Source of the DNA: Eledone cirrhosa | Lineage: Eukaryota | NCBI GenBank assembly: GCA_964016885.1 | Contig: OZ024750.1 | Location: forward strand, 13,268,001 to 13,332,000 | Reading direction: 5' to 3' | Length of the DNA: 64,000 nt | In this document: positions 25,401-35,204 of the stretch, one piece after another | How the letters are laid out: the number at the start of each line of letters is the position of its first letter | Numbering within the stretch: position 1 is the first letter of the stretch | Position numbers and translations under genes: made by a program | The notes under the pieces: generated by a model | The model's input: the letters and a program-made list of their open reading frames with translations, nothing else | Database searches by the model: none | What the model was told of the DNA's origin: nothing

Positions 25401-27194
25401 GACTTGATGTAAAAAGATGAGAAATATAAAAGTAATAGATGAAAAATTCTTGAAGATAACCAAACTCACAAGAACGAATGTGGCAATGAAAGGATTAAAA
25501 GGGTTAATGGCAGACAAATTTTGGATTTAATCTTTGGAGGACATCTGAGTTAAAGGTGTGTTCTGTGGACATAAGCAGTTTTGCTTGTAAGAAAGCTTCA
25601 GAGCTGTTTTGGGTCAGGTTGATATCAAAAAGGTTAATATTTCATTTCTCAAGGAAATGGGAAAACTCTGCATATGGAAGCTGTTAGAACAGCAAAATAC
25701 TGTTGAAGTGGCATTGGATAAAATATTACCTCGAAGGACAGAGATCAGCGGCTAGATTTGAGTTGACTCGACTCGAATGAAGGAAGAGAAGATTTCTTTC
25801 TTCCTATCTTTTCTTCCCTCCTTTGACTCAAGTCAACTCATATTTAGCCACTGATCTCTGTCCTTTGAGGTAATTTGTTAATATTTCATGTTTTATCCTA
25901 TTTGAATCTGAGAAAGTATTATAATTATTTTCTTACTGCACACTTGATCTGTAATTCTTCATGTGTTTTTCTGAATATTTCTGCTGTCTCACATGTATCT
26001 CCAATGTCATTATTGCATGAAAGTAGTTTTTCACCAGGTCCAAGAATCCAATCGACAACCTATTAGTTCAAAATTTAAAATTACATTTATCAAACATCAT
26101 CATCATCACTTTTTAATATATATGTTTTATGCTTATGTTAGACAGATTGTCATGTACTGAGGTCAGACTGGTCAGATGACCATCTTACTCATAGTCTATG
26201 TTTGCCCAGGTTTATAAGGCTAGATGCCCTTCTTAATGCCAACCATTTTACAGAGTGTACTGGGAGCATTTTATCATGCTGATGACAATGGGCCGCCTTC
26301 AATTTCAACAATAATAGTCCCAGTTGTTCAATCAAGGGAATGGCCTTCACATGAAATTAACATATATGTGGTTGAGTATTCCACAGGAGGCATGTGTACC
26401 CTTAACATAAATCTCCAGGAGATTCAGCATGACACAGTCTATAACAGGTACAGTCCATCTAACAGGCTTCCATACAGTTTCTGTCTACCCAATTCCACTG
26501 ATAAGGCATGGGTCAACCCTAGGCTTTGGTCAATGACATATACCAAAGATACCACACAGGCTGATGGCCAAAGAAAATTAGACAAATCTTTTTTTTTTTT
26601 ATTTGTGTTATAAATTGTTTTGCATTTTTCATTTCTGTTTTACATACCTTACTTATAGAAATTTGTAATTCCGAAACTATTTCTTTCCTTTTCTTTGATT
26701 CACTTTCATTTTCCTGAATTTGAAGCAACCTGTCCATTTTTCTCTCCAAATAATGAATAACTCGTTTCACTTGTTTCTGAGTTTCTAAATTGTCTAAAGT
26801 AAATACTGTATCTTCTTCACTATTGAAAGTCTGTTCACCATTTTTCTCCAACTGATTCAACAGAATTTTGCCTGACAAAAAAAAAACAAAAAAAAACAAC
26901 ATTAATGAAATACTATTTCATTAAATCATTGCTTAAATCAGTAAAAGGTCTTAAAATATAAATTATATTTTATTTCAGATTTTTTTGACATTCTGGAAAG
27001 TTCTTAGAGGGGTATCTAGATCTGAGGAATTATTGAAGAATAAATACATAAATTAATTTTCAATTCAAAAAAGAAGTTGTTGGAGTATTTGTGGAGGCAC
27101 TCTGTTGTAAAATAATGAAAGACAAGATAAGCAATATCAAGTATTAGTTACCTTATATTGGAATACCTACAGAAACTCAACAGAAGCTTTGTCA

Positions 27195-27227
<33 letters not shown>

Positions 27228-30200
27228 CATACATACATACACTGTGTGTGTCTCCATATCTGTATAATATTTTTGTTTTTTATGTCTTGTACTTTAGCAG
27301 TTTATCAAATAAGAATCAATGAAATAAGTACCAGTCTTTAAAATAATTACTGGGGTTGATATGATTGACTAAACCATAATCACAGTCTAATCAGTAAAAC
27401 AGTCTAATGAGTAAAACAGTCTAATCAGTAAAACAATAAAAATAACTTTCTTTCTGCATTTACTTTTCTATGATAAAGAATTTTACTGAAATACATTTAA
27501 CATACCATCAGTAATAACAGTTTTAGGTACAGCCATAACTGTATTATTCCATTTGTGGCGTCTCTTCAATGAAGCAACTGGACTTAAGGAGTTATCTTTA
27601 GCATAAACTCGGTTAATCTGTGCTTCAGCATGATCTAAGTGATTTGAGGCTGATTTAGATTCTTTCATGAACTTTTCAAAATTCTGCAGTATAAAAAAAT
27701 TTGATACATTAAATTGTATACTTTTCTCAAAGTTTACTTCACATTTTCCATCTTCAAAGAGTTGTTGTCATCAAAATCAATGTTATGATATAAAGTCTTT
27801 AGCTAACAATGCACCATTTAAGGTTTTATTTTCAAATATTTACAACAAAAAAAATTGTTTTCAAAATATTTACATTATATGAGCAAAGTAACTAAACTTT
27901 TACCATAGTCCTAAGCAAATTTCCTGCTTTCAATACAAAATGTCCAATGATTGTTTTTACTTACCATACGATTCTGAAGCCAATGGCTGTGCTTAAAAGG
28001 TAATTGTCCACCAAGATTTTCAGTCAGTTGGTAGGGACTTATAAATGTTGTCAACTGTTTTAATGTGACATATTCAATCTGTAAATACATTTTGTTAGAG
28101 AAAGAGTGAAAATGGAAATAAACAGATAAATTAATATTATCAATAATATATTATGATTTAACAATGTTTGTCTATTTAACTTTTTTATACTTTCTTTAAT
28201 ATATTTTAACACTAACTTAACTATCATCATCATCATCATCATTTTAACAGTAACTATCATCATCATCACTAGTTCATGTCCACTTTTCCATGCTTTCATG
28301 GGTTAATTTAAATTGCTAAAATATTTAACTAGAATATTTTACCAACCTTTTCTTAATATGATAGAAAATTATTACTAATTATAGTCAAAATCATACATAA
28401 CACAAAACAAAAACCATACTACTCATTTACATATTGCCTTAACATAGATTAAGGTTCCTTTTTTTTATGATTATTATTTTAATAATTTAACATTAACCAC
28501 ATTGTAATTACTTATTAGAATTTAAAAGTACCTTATTAGCAATGTCTACATCCAAATATCCAGGATTATCTCCAGAAGATATATTTATAATCAATATTCT
28601 TTTTAATAATTCATGTAGTGATGTCTAAAAGAAATTTAGAAAACATGTATTATTGAATTATAATATTGTGTTAAAACATACATATAAAACAATAAGATAA
28701 AAGTTAGAACAAACTAAAATATATTGTATATTCTTGAATTTAAGCTGATCTGAATATAAGCCAACCCTATATTTCATGTCTGAGAAATAGGCAAAAATCC
28801 AGACCCTATTTATAAGCGAAGGCAGATATTTAACACATTGTTTAGATGTCACGGTTTTGAAATTCTCATGAATGGAGAATATATTTATAAAGTCTTAATA
28901 TTTTTATATTTAAAATGTTTTAAGTGTTGTTTAGAATATAGTTTTTGATTCATAACTCCATTATGTAAGGATTTTTTTTTACCAATTTCTGACTGTTTTG
29001 AAGGTTTTAAATCCATTATAGTAAAATATACAATCTGACATTCTCAATTTTCTGGACATTTCCATAAAAATATTAAAATTCTTAATCAAAACATTTTGTT
29101 GTTGTTTAGTATCAGGTCAACCCTGATCAACCAAACTTATGATCAGAGACATTCCAGATATGACGATCACATCATTTTCAGGCAAAGTATATCTAGAACT
29201 ACATTGACCAATATGCATTCATTTTTGTAAAACAGTAGGGTGTAATATGGGGGAGATTTTGCTGTTATTTCTAGAAGGTCAGACAGTATATTTCCAATAA
29301 AAATGCAATGCTTACTTTTAAAATCTCCAGAAGAAAATACAAATCAGGCCAAGTATCAGATCGGTTGTCAATGATGACTGTAAATCCCTGCCACTGGGAC
29401 TCCTCACTGGAAATAACACCACATAGAATAACATATCACATGGAATAACATACTACATGGAATAACATATCACATGGAATGACATACCACATGGAATGAC
29501 ATACCACATAGAATAACATATCACATGGAATAACATACCACATGGAATAACATACCACATGGAATAACATACCACATGGAATAACATATCACATGGAATA
29601 ACATACCACATGGAATAACATATCACATGGAATGACATACCACATGGAAGAACATACCATATGGAATAACATATCACATGGGATAACATATCACATGGAA
29701 TAACATACAACATGGGATAACATATCACATGGAATGACATATCACATGGAATGACATACCACATGGAAAGACATCACATGGAAAGACATATCATATGGAA
29801 TGATATATCACATGGAAAGACATATCACATCGAATGACATACCACATGGAATAATATATCACATGGAATAACATACCACATGAAATAATATATCACATGG
29901 AATAACATACCACATGGTACCACAATAAAATGTACCTGGTACACTATGTAAAATGGTTGTTGTTTGGGAGAGTTTTCAGCCATAGAAATCATGCCAAAAA
30001 TAAAATGTATGAGTGAGATATGCTTCTCTGATTTGTCTGGGACAGTAATTCTGAATAATTTCTGACTTGGCTCATGATAAGCCATCCAACTAATGTAAAC
30101 CAGACAATCTTGTGATGTTCTTAGAATACTGTCAGTGACAGCCACAATGAAAAACAACTTATATTTAGTATCTAGTGCAAATATTTATCTGCTGCACCAT

Positions 30201-32402
30201 CTCATTGCTCTACACTTAATAAAATAAAAGTTTCAAAGACAAGAATATCATTAATTAGCTAATGTTAGCCTATATATAATTTATATATTACAAAACTATT
30301 TATAAACTAAGGGAATGAAACTATTTTAAAATAGCCTTTCAATAAATGCCACAACAAAAAGCACTAAGTCAACTCTGTAAGGTGGTCATGCTGGTGACAC
30401 AACAACAAAAGCAGCCTGTCCATCCTGTAAGATGGTTATGTTTGTGACAAAAGAAAAAGCACCCAGTTCACCCTGTAAGGTGGTCATGCTGGTGACACAA
30501 TAAAAAGTGCACAGTCCATCCTGTAAGGTGTTCATGCTGATGACACAACAAAAAGTACCAAATCCACCCTGTAAGGTGGTCAATTTGGTGGCACGACAAT
30601 AAGCACCCAATCCACATTGTAATATAAACAAAACAATTACCTTGGAATTTGTGACAAATACTGTATACAATCATAGACATCCTTTCTGCTGAAAGATACA
30701 GGCTCCCTATGCATAGGGAAAGTTAAAATTGGGCCACCTTCTTTGTCTCTTCCACCTGGTCACATAAAACAATGTAAAAGTTAAATGAGTTGTGTAGATG
30801 TATATACATATATATATATATACAGTAGAGGGAAAATGGACGTCAAATGATGATGATAATTGTTTCTACTTTAGGCACAAGGCCAGCAATTATCCAGTGC
30901 ATTACTGGTACTTTATTTTATCGACCCCGTAAGGATGAAAGGCAAAGTTAACCTTGGCGGGATTTGAACTCAGAATGGCAAGGGCTGTAACTCTATACGT
31001 CAAAGCATGGCGTCCGACCCTCTACCGATACTGCCAATCCACCGATGATAATGATACATATATACGTACATACACACATTACATACACATACACACATAC
31101 AGATTTATGTATAGCCACTGTTACTCTCCGTAGTAATTCACCAACCAAATACTTGTAAACTTTATTGTTTTCTAATAGTACAATACATCAAAGTTTTATT
31201 GATATTACTGTTGTATGTTATAATACAAATATGTACCAATATCTGTGTGTTGTACATCCATATAATTCTATGTTGTTGTAATATCTATATGTTGTACATC
31301 CATACCATTTATAGAGAACAAGAGATAAGCTGGATGTGTATGATAAAATATTGTACGATAAATCTACCAAACTCATTCTAACATAGAAAACAAATGTTAA
31401 ATCAATGATGAGAAAAATACAAGAATAATTTACCTGTTAAATGGATTATTTCTTTCAGTAGAATATCAACTATGTGGGCAGCTTCCAAACCCTTACCTGA
31501 ATAATATATACCAATGAAATATTTCTTAATATAAAAGTTAACAAGTTGATATTAATGCATTATAACAATAACAAAACTTATGTTCATTACTCCATAACGT
31601 GTTCCAGCCAACAGGCTGAGGCCATGCTGGGGCACCACCTTTGAATATATATTTCTAGGTTTCCTTACATGTGAGACCCACAACCATTTTAAGGCCATTT
31701 TCTCTGCTAAATCAGGCCTCATACTCATCATAGGGTCCTTTAACTCTTTAGCATTTACATTACTCTATACTTACTTATGTATTTTTGTGGTAAAGACTTT
31801 ATCTTACATATTTATCTCACATAATATCGAATCTATGAGATTTTGATGTTATTTATTTTGAGAACAATACCTTGATGTCAGTATGAGAGCCAGTTATGGC
31901 CAATTTGAACTGAAAGAGGTGAGAGAATTCTGGCCAGATACGGCCGGTTTAAATGCTAAAGGGTTAAGAGGCAATGTAGTATGGCTTGATGTCCTACCAG
32001 GTACCAACCCTTTTATTTGCCTCTAAAGACACAACGATACTGTGTACCATTTCTAAATCAAATACACACAACACACTGGATACAGGATCTCGATGAGAAA
32101 AATCTATCAATAAAAAAATCATATAGTATCAGTACATTGAAAGTGGATTCATAATCTAAATCAGATAATTAAGAAATGATCCACATTCATTACAAAAGAA
32201 ATATTCGTTCATAAAATATGCAGGATTCAAATAATTAAAAACTAAATATATTGAACTATGTCCAAGAGTTGTTTTGATCCAGATTTAGAATATGTAAAAG
32301 GAAAATGTTATTGAAATTACTTTCATAAAAAACATCATCACTGCCTTTTGAGCTCGTTTTGCTACGGACGTCAGAATTCAAGGAGGCGGAATAATGTGCC
32401 AT
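18972..32402 (-). CDS. SESTD1: Multi-exon SESTD1-like gene (Sec14/CRAL-TRIO + spectrin repeats); 16 coding exons, 863 codons visible, 3' end open
   Basis: Manual splicing of 16 AG/GT-bounded exons gives one stop-free frame. Motifs GGRDKEGGPILTFP, GFTVIIDNR, QLTENLGGQLPFKHSHWL (Sec14) and [45 protein letters not shown] (spectrin repeats) match SESTD1 as recalled. Confidence 0.9.
20394..20584 (-). CDS. SESTD1: SESTD1-like exon 15: ILNRIDQLFTTL...IDMGKALLQRLALPIIVLE
   Basis: aacag| ... GA|GTAAGT, 191 nt, phase 0-2; G..LL.RL..P motif. Confidence 0.88.
21833..22024 (-). CDS. SESTD1: SESTD1-like exon 14: [22 protein letters not shown]...ERTNRLTVSVMFMTSSDE
   Basis: ctctag| ... GAG|GTAAC, 192 nt. 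Confidence 0.93.
22397..22519 (-). CDS. SESTD1: SESTD1-like exon 13: AVQWILELCEVMVKNHTEMGQSKEDAEKLQEDHKRFESTAL
   Basis: tatag| ... |GTAAG, 123 nt; spectrin repeat. Confidence 0.93.
22538..22688. repeat. Minisatellite, about 13-bp unit (aaactgttattat)
   Basis: Direct inspection. Confidence 0.85.
22874..23115 (-). CDS. SESTD1: SESTD1-like exon 12: DQLALQTLNDGQSLFDEMSRP...[20 protein letters not shown]
   Basis: gtttag| ... CAG|GTTTC, 242 nt, phase 1-0; strongly SESTD1-like DVRRLK motif. Confidence 0.93.
23177..23390. repeat. Long imperfect inverted repeat (about 95-bp arms), intronic
   Basis: atatttttagaaatgaagaaaatctc... pairs with ...gagattttcttcatttctaaaaatat. Confidence 0.85.
23770..23884 (-). 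CDS. SESTD1: SESTD1-like exon 11: LSLHLDELLELLCSETKPESSVMATTELNNLNEKCKDI
   Basis: tttcag| ... G|GTACCT, 115 nt, phase 0-1. Confidence 0.88.
23890..24082. repeat. Minisatellite, about 15-bp unit (ataggagataaaagt)
   Basis: Direct inspection. Confidence 0.8.
24237..24428 (-). CDS. SESTD1: SESTD1-like exon 10: ETYGNYAELRHKAEKL...FASRLERRKILLITSVRCHRFAED
   Basis: ttgtag| ... |GTAAGT, 192 nt; spectrin helices B and C. Confidence 0.92.
25725..25875. repeat. Inverted repeat or palindromic MITE, intronic
   Basis: attacctcgaaggacagagatcag... pairs with ...ctgatctctgtcctttgaggtaat. Confidence 0.85.
25937..26059 (-). CDS. SESTD1: SESTD1-like exon 9: VVDWILGPGEKLLSCNNDIGDTCETAEIFRKTHEELQIKCA
   Basis: aatag| ... 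|GTAAG, 123 nt; spectrin helix A tryptophan and IGD...A....HE motif. Confidence 0.92.
26648..26871 (-). CDS. SESTD1: SESTD1-like exon 8: GKILLNQLEKNG...ELQISISK
   Basis: T-rich tract then tcag| ... AAG|GTATGT, 224 nt, phase 1-0; inside track ORF 26519-26902. Confidence 0.88.
27506..27683 (-). CDS. SESTD1: SESTD1-like exon 7: NFEKFMKESKSASNHL...PKTVITD
   Basis: ctgcag| ... G|GTATGT, 178 nt, phase 0-1; overlaps track ORF 27483-27668; FEKF.KES motif. Confidence 0.9.
27965..28078 (-). CDS. SESTD1: SESTD1-like exon 6: IEYVTLKQLTTFISPYQLTENLGGQLPFKHSHWLQNRM
   Basis: ttacag| ... |GTAAGT, 114 nt; Sec14 C-terminal QLT..LGG.L.F.H..W motif. Confidence 0.93.
28532..28624 (-). CDS. SESTD1: SESTD1-like exon 5: TSLHELLKRILIINISSGDNPGYLDVDIANK
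   Basis: cttttag| ... AAG|GTAC, 93 nt, phase 0-0, open frame at the expected position in the Sec14 domain. Confidence 0.8.
29316..29406 (-). CDS. SESTD1: SESTD1-like exon 4: SEESQWQGFTVIIDNRSDTWPDLYFLLEILK
   Basis: ttccag| ... |GTAAG, 91 nt, phase 2-0; Sec14 GFTVIID.R motif. Confidence 0.93.
29408..29920. repeat. Minisatellite, 17-bp unit (cacatggaataacatac/t)
   Basis: About 30 units; explains track ORFs 29453-29764 and part of 29825-30157. Confidence 0.92.
30350..30620. repeat. Tandem repeat, about 48-bp unit x5-6
   Basis: ctgtaagg(a)tgg recurs near 30375, 30425, 30472, 30521 and 30569. Confidence 0.8.
30641..30755 (-). CDS. SESTD1: SESTD1-like exon 3: GGRDKEGGPILTFPMHREPVSFSRKDVYDCIQYLSQIP
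   Basis: ccag| ... AG|GTAATT, 115 nt, phase 1-2; Sec14 GRD-GGPI motif. Confidence 0.93.
30857..31044 (-). mobile_element. SINE, same family (intronic)
   Basis: Consensus match; gatgataat flanks both ends. Confidence 0.85.
31434..31496 (-). CDS. SESTD1: SESTD1-like exon 2: (S)KGLEAAHIVDILLKEIIHLT
   Basis: ttcag| ... AG|GTAAAT, 63 nt, phase 1-1; resembles the SESTD1/Trio N-terminal EA..I..IL.K....L.G motif. Confidence 0.85.
32321..32402 (-). CDS. SESTD1: SESTD1-like coding exon 1 (exon spans 32413-32321, ATG at 32402): MAHYSASLNSDVRSKTSSKGSDDVFYE
   Basis: Acceptor cttttag, acaaaATG context, donor A|GTAATT; ends in phase 1, in frame with the next exon. Peptide is not recognisably conserved. 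Confidence 0.65.
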
Positions 32403-32687
32403 TTTGTATCAACCTAAAAGATGAAAACATAAAATGAATTTGAAATAACAAATATTGAAATTTTGTTGTAAATATAGTTAAATGAATGTTTATTGAAAGG
32501 AAACTATCTTAGTATTAACAATAAACAATATGATGTTCACCAGTACAAAACCATCTCCATTTCCACAAAACAAAGCTACCTATTTGAAACCTTCCAACAT
32601 AATTTTATATAAAAGATTTTATGTTACAAATAGCCTCTTAATGAGATTATAATTTTACTAAGTTCTTCTGAAATTCTTCATTAAATA

Positions 32688-32854
32688 CCGTATTTCCCGG
32701 CACCGAAGACGCTTCGTCCTCCAGGAAGCACCCTAATTTTGACAACCAAAAGTTTGAAAAAAAATAATAAACAACCTTCGGCCTCCAGGACGCATGGTAG
32801 ACTTCTGAGACTTATTTAGGAAAAAAGTAGCGTCTTCGACGCCGGGAAATACGA
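32688..32854. mobile_element. pogo/Tc1-like MITE (CCGTATTTCCCG TIR, TA TSD), nested in a TTAA-type element
   Basis: ta-CCGTATTTCCCGGC ... GCCGGGAAATACGA-ta; homologous to 46890-47016 and 49974-50137. Confidence 0.8.
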
Positions 32855-33326
32855 TAATTAAAATGTAGTAATGAAAGGGTTAAGGCCATTTTTCCTTGTT
32901 AAAGTAAGCCCTATAAAAGTCTTCATACTAATAGAGTCCTTGTTGAAGCAATGTTTTATGGCTTGATGTCCTTACGACACAGGGATAAGATGTACCTATT
33001 CTAAAGAAGATACACACAGCAAAACAATATAATGTTATGATAGAGAAGATTCAGTTCATTATCCAAGTTATTTAAGTCATTTATATTCATGACCTGGTTT
33101 TCAATAATAAATATATGTCACCATTCATTCTAGAAAATAGAGAAATTAGAAGTAATTTACACCATCACAAATCCTGTGAGGGAATCTTTTTATGTAATAC
33201 TAGAAGTGAGTAGATCAGCTCAGACCCAGTGAATTGTTCTAGAGGAGGCTGGCAAAGTTTCAAAACTAACATTATTTTAGCAGATTGTGTTAGAAAAAAA
33301 AACAATATAAAAGTGTCACTAGCTAA

Positions 33327-33568
33327 CCCTTTCATTACCGTATTTCTAATAAAATACACTGCATTTGAATTGATTAATGAAGAATTTGGAGAAATTTGTG
33401 AAAATTATATACTATTTCATTATGGGAAGTTATTTATAACATAACAAAAGAATCTTATAACAAATTATGTTGGAAAATTTTAAATGTAAATATTATAGGA
33501 ACCCTATAAATGAGTGGTTTGGTTTCACAGAACCAGAGGCAGTTTTTGGGAGTTGGATATGAAAAGGG
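33327..33568. mobile_element. Second TTAA/CCCTTT MITE family; inverted copy at about 32530-32879
   Basis: ctaa-CCCTTTCAT ... ATGAAAAGGG-TTAA. Confidence 0.6.
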
Positions 33569-33606
33569 TTAAATAATGATGTTGATATATATATATATAT
33601 ATATAT

Positions 33607-33709
33607 ATAGGAAAAGAGTCAGGACCCCGACGGCTGAGCTCCGGCCATTTCGGCAGCTAGATCCTAAATGGTCGGAGCTCAGCCGTCGGGGTCCTGACTC
33701 TTTTCCTAT
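33607..33709. repeat. Near-perfect hairpin (44-bp arms, 15-nt loop) in a (TA)n-embedded repeat
   Basis: 33607-33650 versus 33666-33709, one mismatch. Confidence 0.92.
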
Positions 33710-33783
33710 TACCCACTCTACTACCCTAAGTATCAAGTACCCTGGTGCGTTATGGTCCACTTAGTTTCTTACCACACTTTCTT

Positions 33784-33851
<68 letters not shown>

Positions 33852-34205
33852 CAACGCATGGTCATTTGATCTGGCATGGCCCACAACAGGACAACCCGTC
33901 TAACTCATGCTAGCGTGGAAGAATGGACGTAAAACGGTGATGATGATGATATATATACATATACACACACATTGGTGCTGAAATTATTTTATAAAAGACA
34001 TCAGAATATTTTTAATTTCAGCCTCAAATGACCGAATTTTGTTAGTTGACCTTGTATATAAGCTGATTTTTAATAGATATCTAACAGTAAGGTATTGTTT
34101 ATAATGTAGGAGTCACTCATACCTCTACCATTTGTAATAAAACATTAATGACAAAGTCATGTTCGACATACAGTGTATATATATTTCCATGTAATATTAC
34201 CCCTA

Positions 34206-34279
<74 letters not shown>

Positions 34280-34724
34280 TGAAAAAACGGAGTTAAAGAC
34301 TCGCATTAATCCCCAGTAATTTTATGAGCTCAAGGAATAAATTACTGTATTATATATGTATATGTTATTCCTGGGTTCAATCGGGGGTAACCACAGTAAG
34401 TAAGGTACTCAATACATAGCAGAGTATAAATATTTAATATAGAAATGGCTATATATATACATCACTTGTCTAATTTACAGTACATGAGTTATTCATTATA
34501 TAAATTGTATTCAACAAGTAAATATTAAGAGGGAAAATATTTTTAAAAAAGGAAGAAAAAAGGGGTAAGACCGCACACAGGCATTATAGAGACAATGAAA
34601 TAATATGTAAATATGAATTACAACTATTTCACATAACATTGTATAGAATATTCAAGGGATTTTTTTTTTTTTTAATCATTTGAACACAATATAGAAAACA
34701 GAATTAGAGAGACAACTCTAATGC

Positions 34725-35085
34725 TGGGCTGCTGACAACAAAGTTCTTGTCATCGTCAGCAGCTCACCTTTCCTGAGGTATCAGGTGATTCTCGAGGTGA
34801 GGATACTTAGTTGTTCCAGCACCTTAGCCACACTATCACCTGACCATACCGGGGTATCTGGTGATGCTCCAGGTAAGGGTACTAGGTTATTCCAGCGTTT
34901 TAGCCTCGCTATCACCTGTGTGCTGGCTTACCTCAAAAAGTATTAGACGGAGGCTCCTGCAGAACTTATGGGGTGTGACGATTGACACACTTAATGTTAA
35001 CTTATTATTCTCTTTCGTTTTGATTCTATATTTTCATGTGAAATATTTAATTAATTAAGTATTGTTTATTTTCATTCTGTAAACT
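34725..35085 (+). mobile_element. Second CRE-like 3' fragment with a short internal duplication
   Basis: gctgacaacaaagttcttgtcatc...ctgaggtatcaggtga...ttgttccagcaccttagcc is homologous to 8437-8540; segment about 34780-34840 recurs at 34852-34918. Confidence 0.65.
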
Positions 35086-35204
35086 ATAAAGAAATGCAGG
35101 GAAATAAAACACAAGAGGGTTAAACTCTGCTGTGACCACGAAGCGGACTAACCCTTAAACGGTGGGTTGTAAATACAGATGACACACACACACACAGTTA
35201 TCAA

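Noticed and set aside
29408-29920. Regular short repeats suggesting a CRISPR array or repeat protein (also 38738-38960 and 30350-30620)
   Set aside because: Head-to-tail units with no unique spacers, no cas genes, eukaryotic intronic or intergenic context.
30704-30719. Perfect 16-bp palindrome TCCCTATGCATAGGGA in exon 3
   Set aside because: Single short instance within coding sequence; no supporting evidence of function.
18972-32402. Calling the gene Trio/Kalirin or MCF2L
   Set aside because: They share the Sec14 start, but the spectrin-region motifs follow SESTD1, no DH/PH exons are visible, and a CCDC141-like exon follows.
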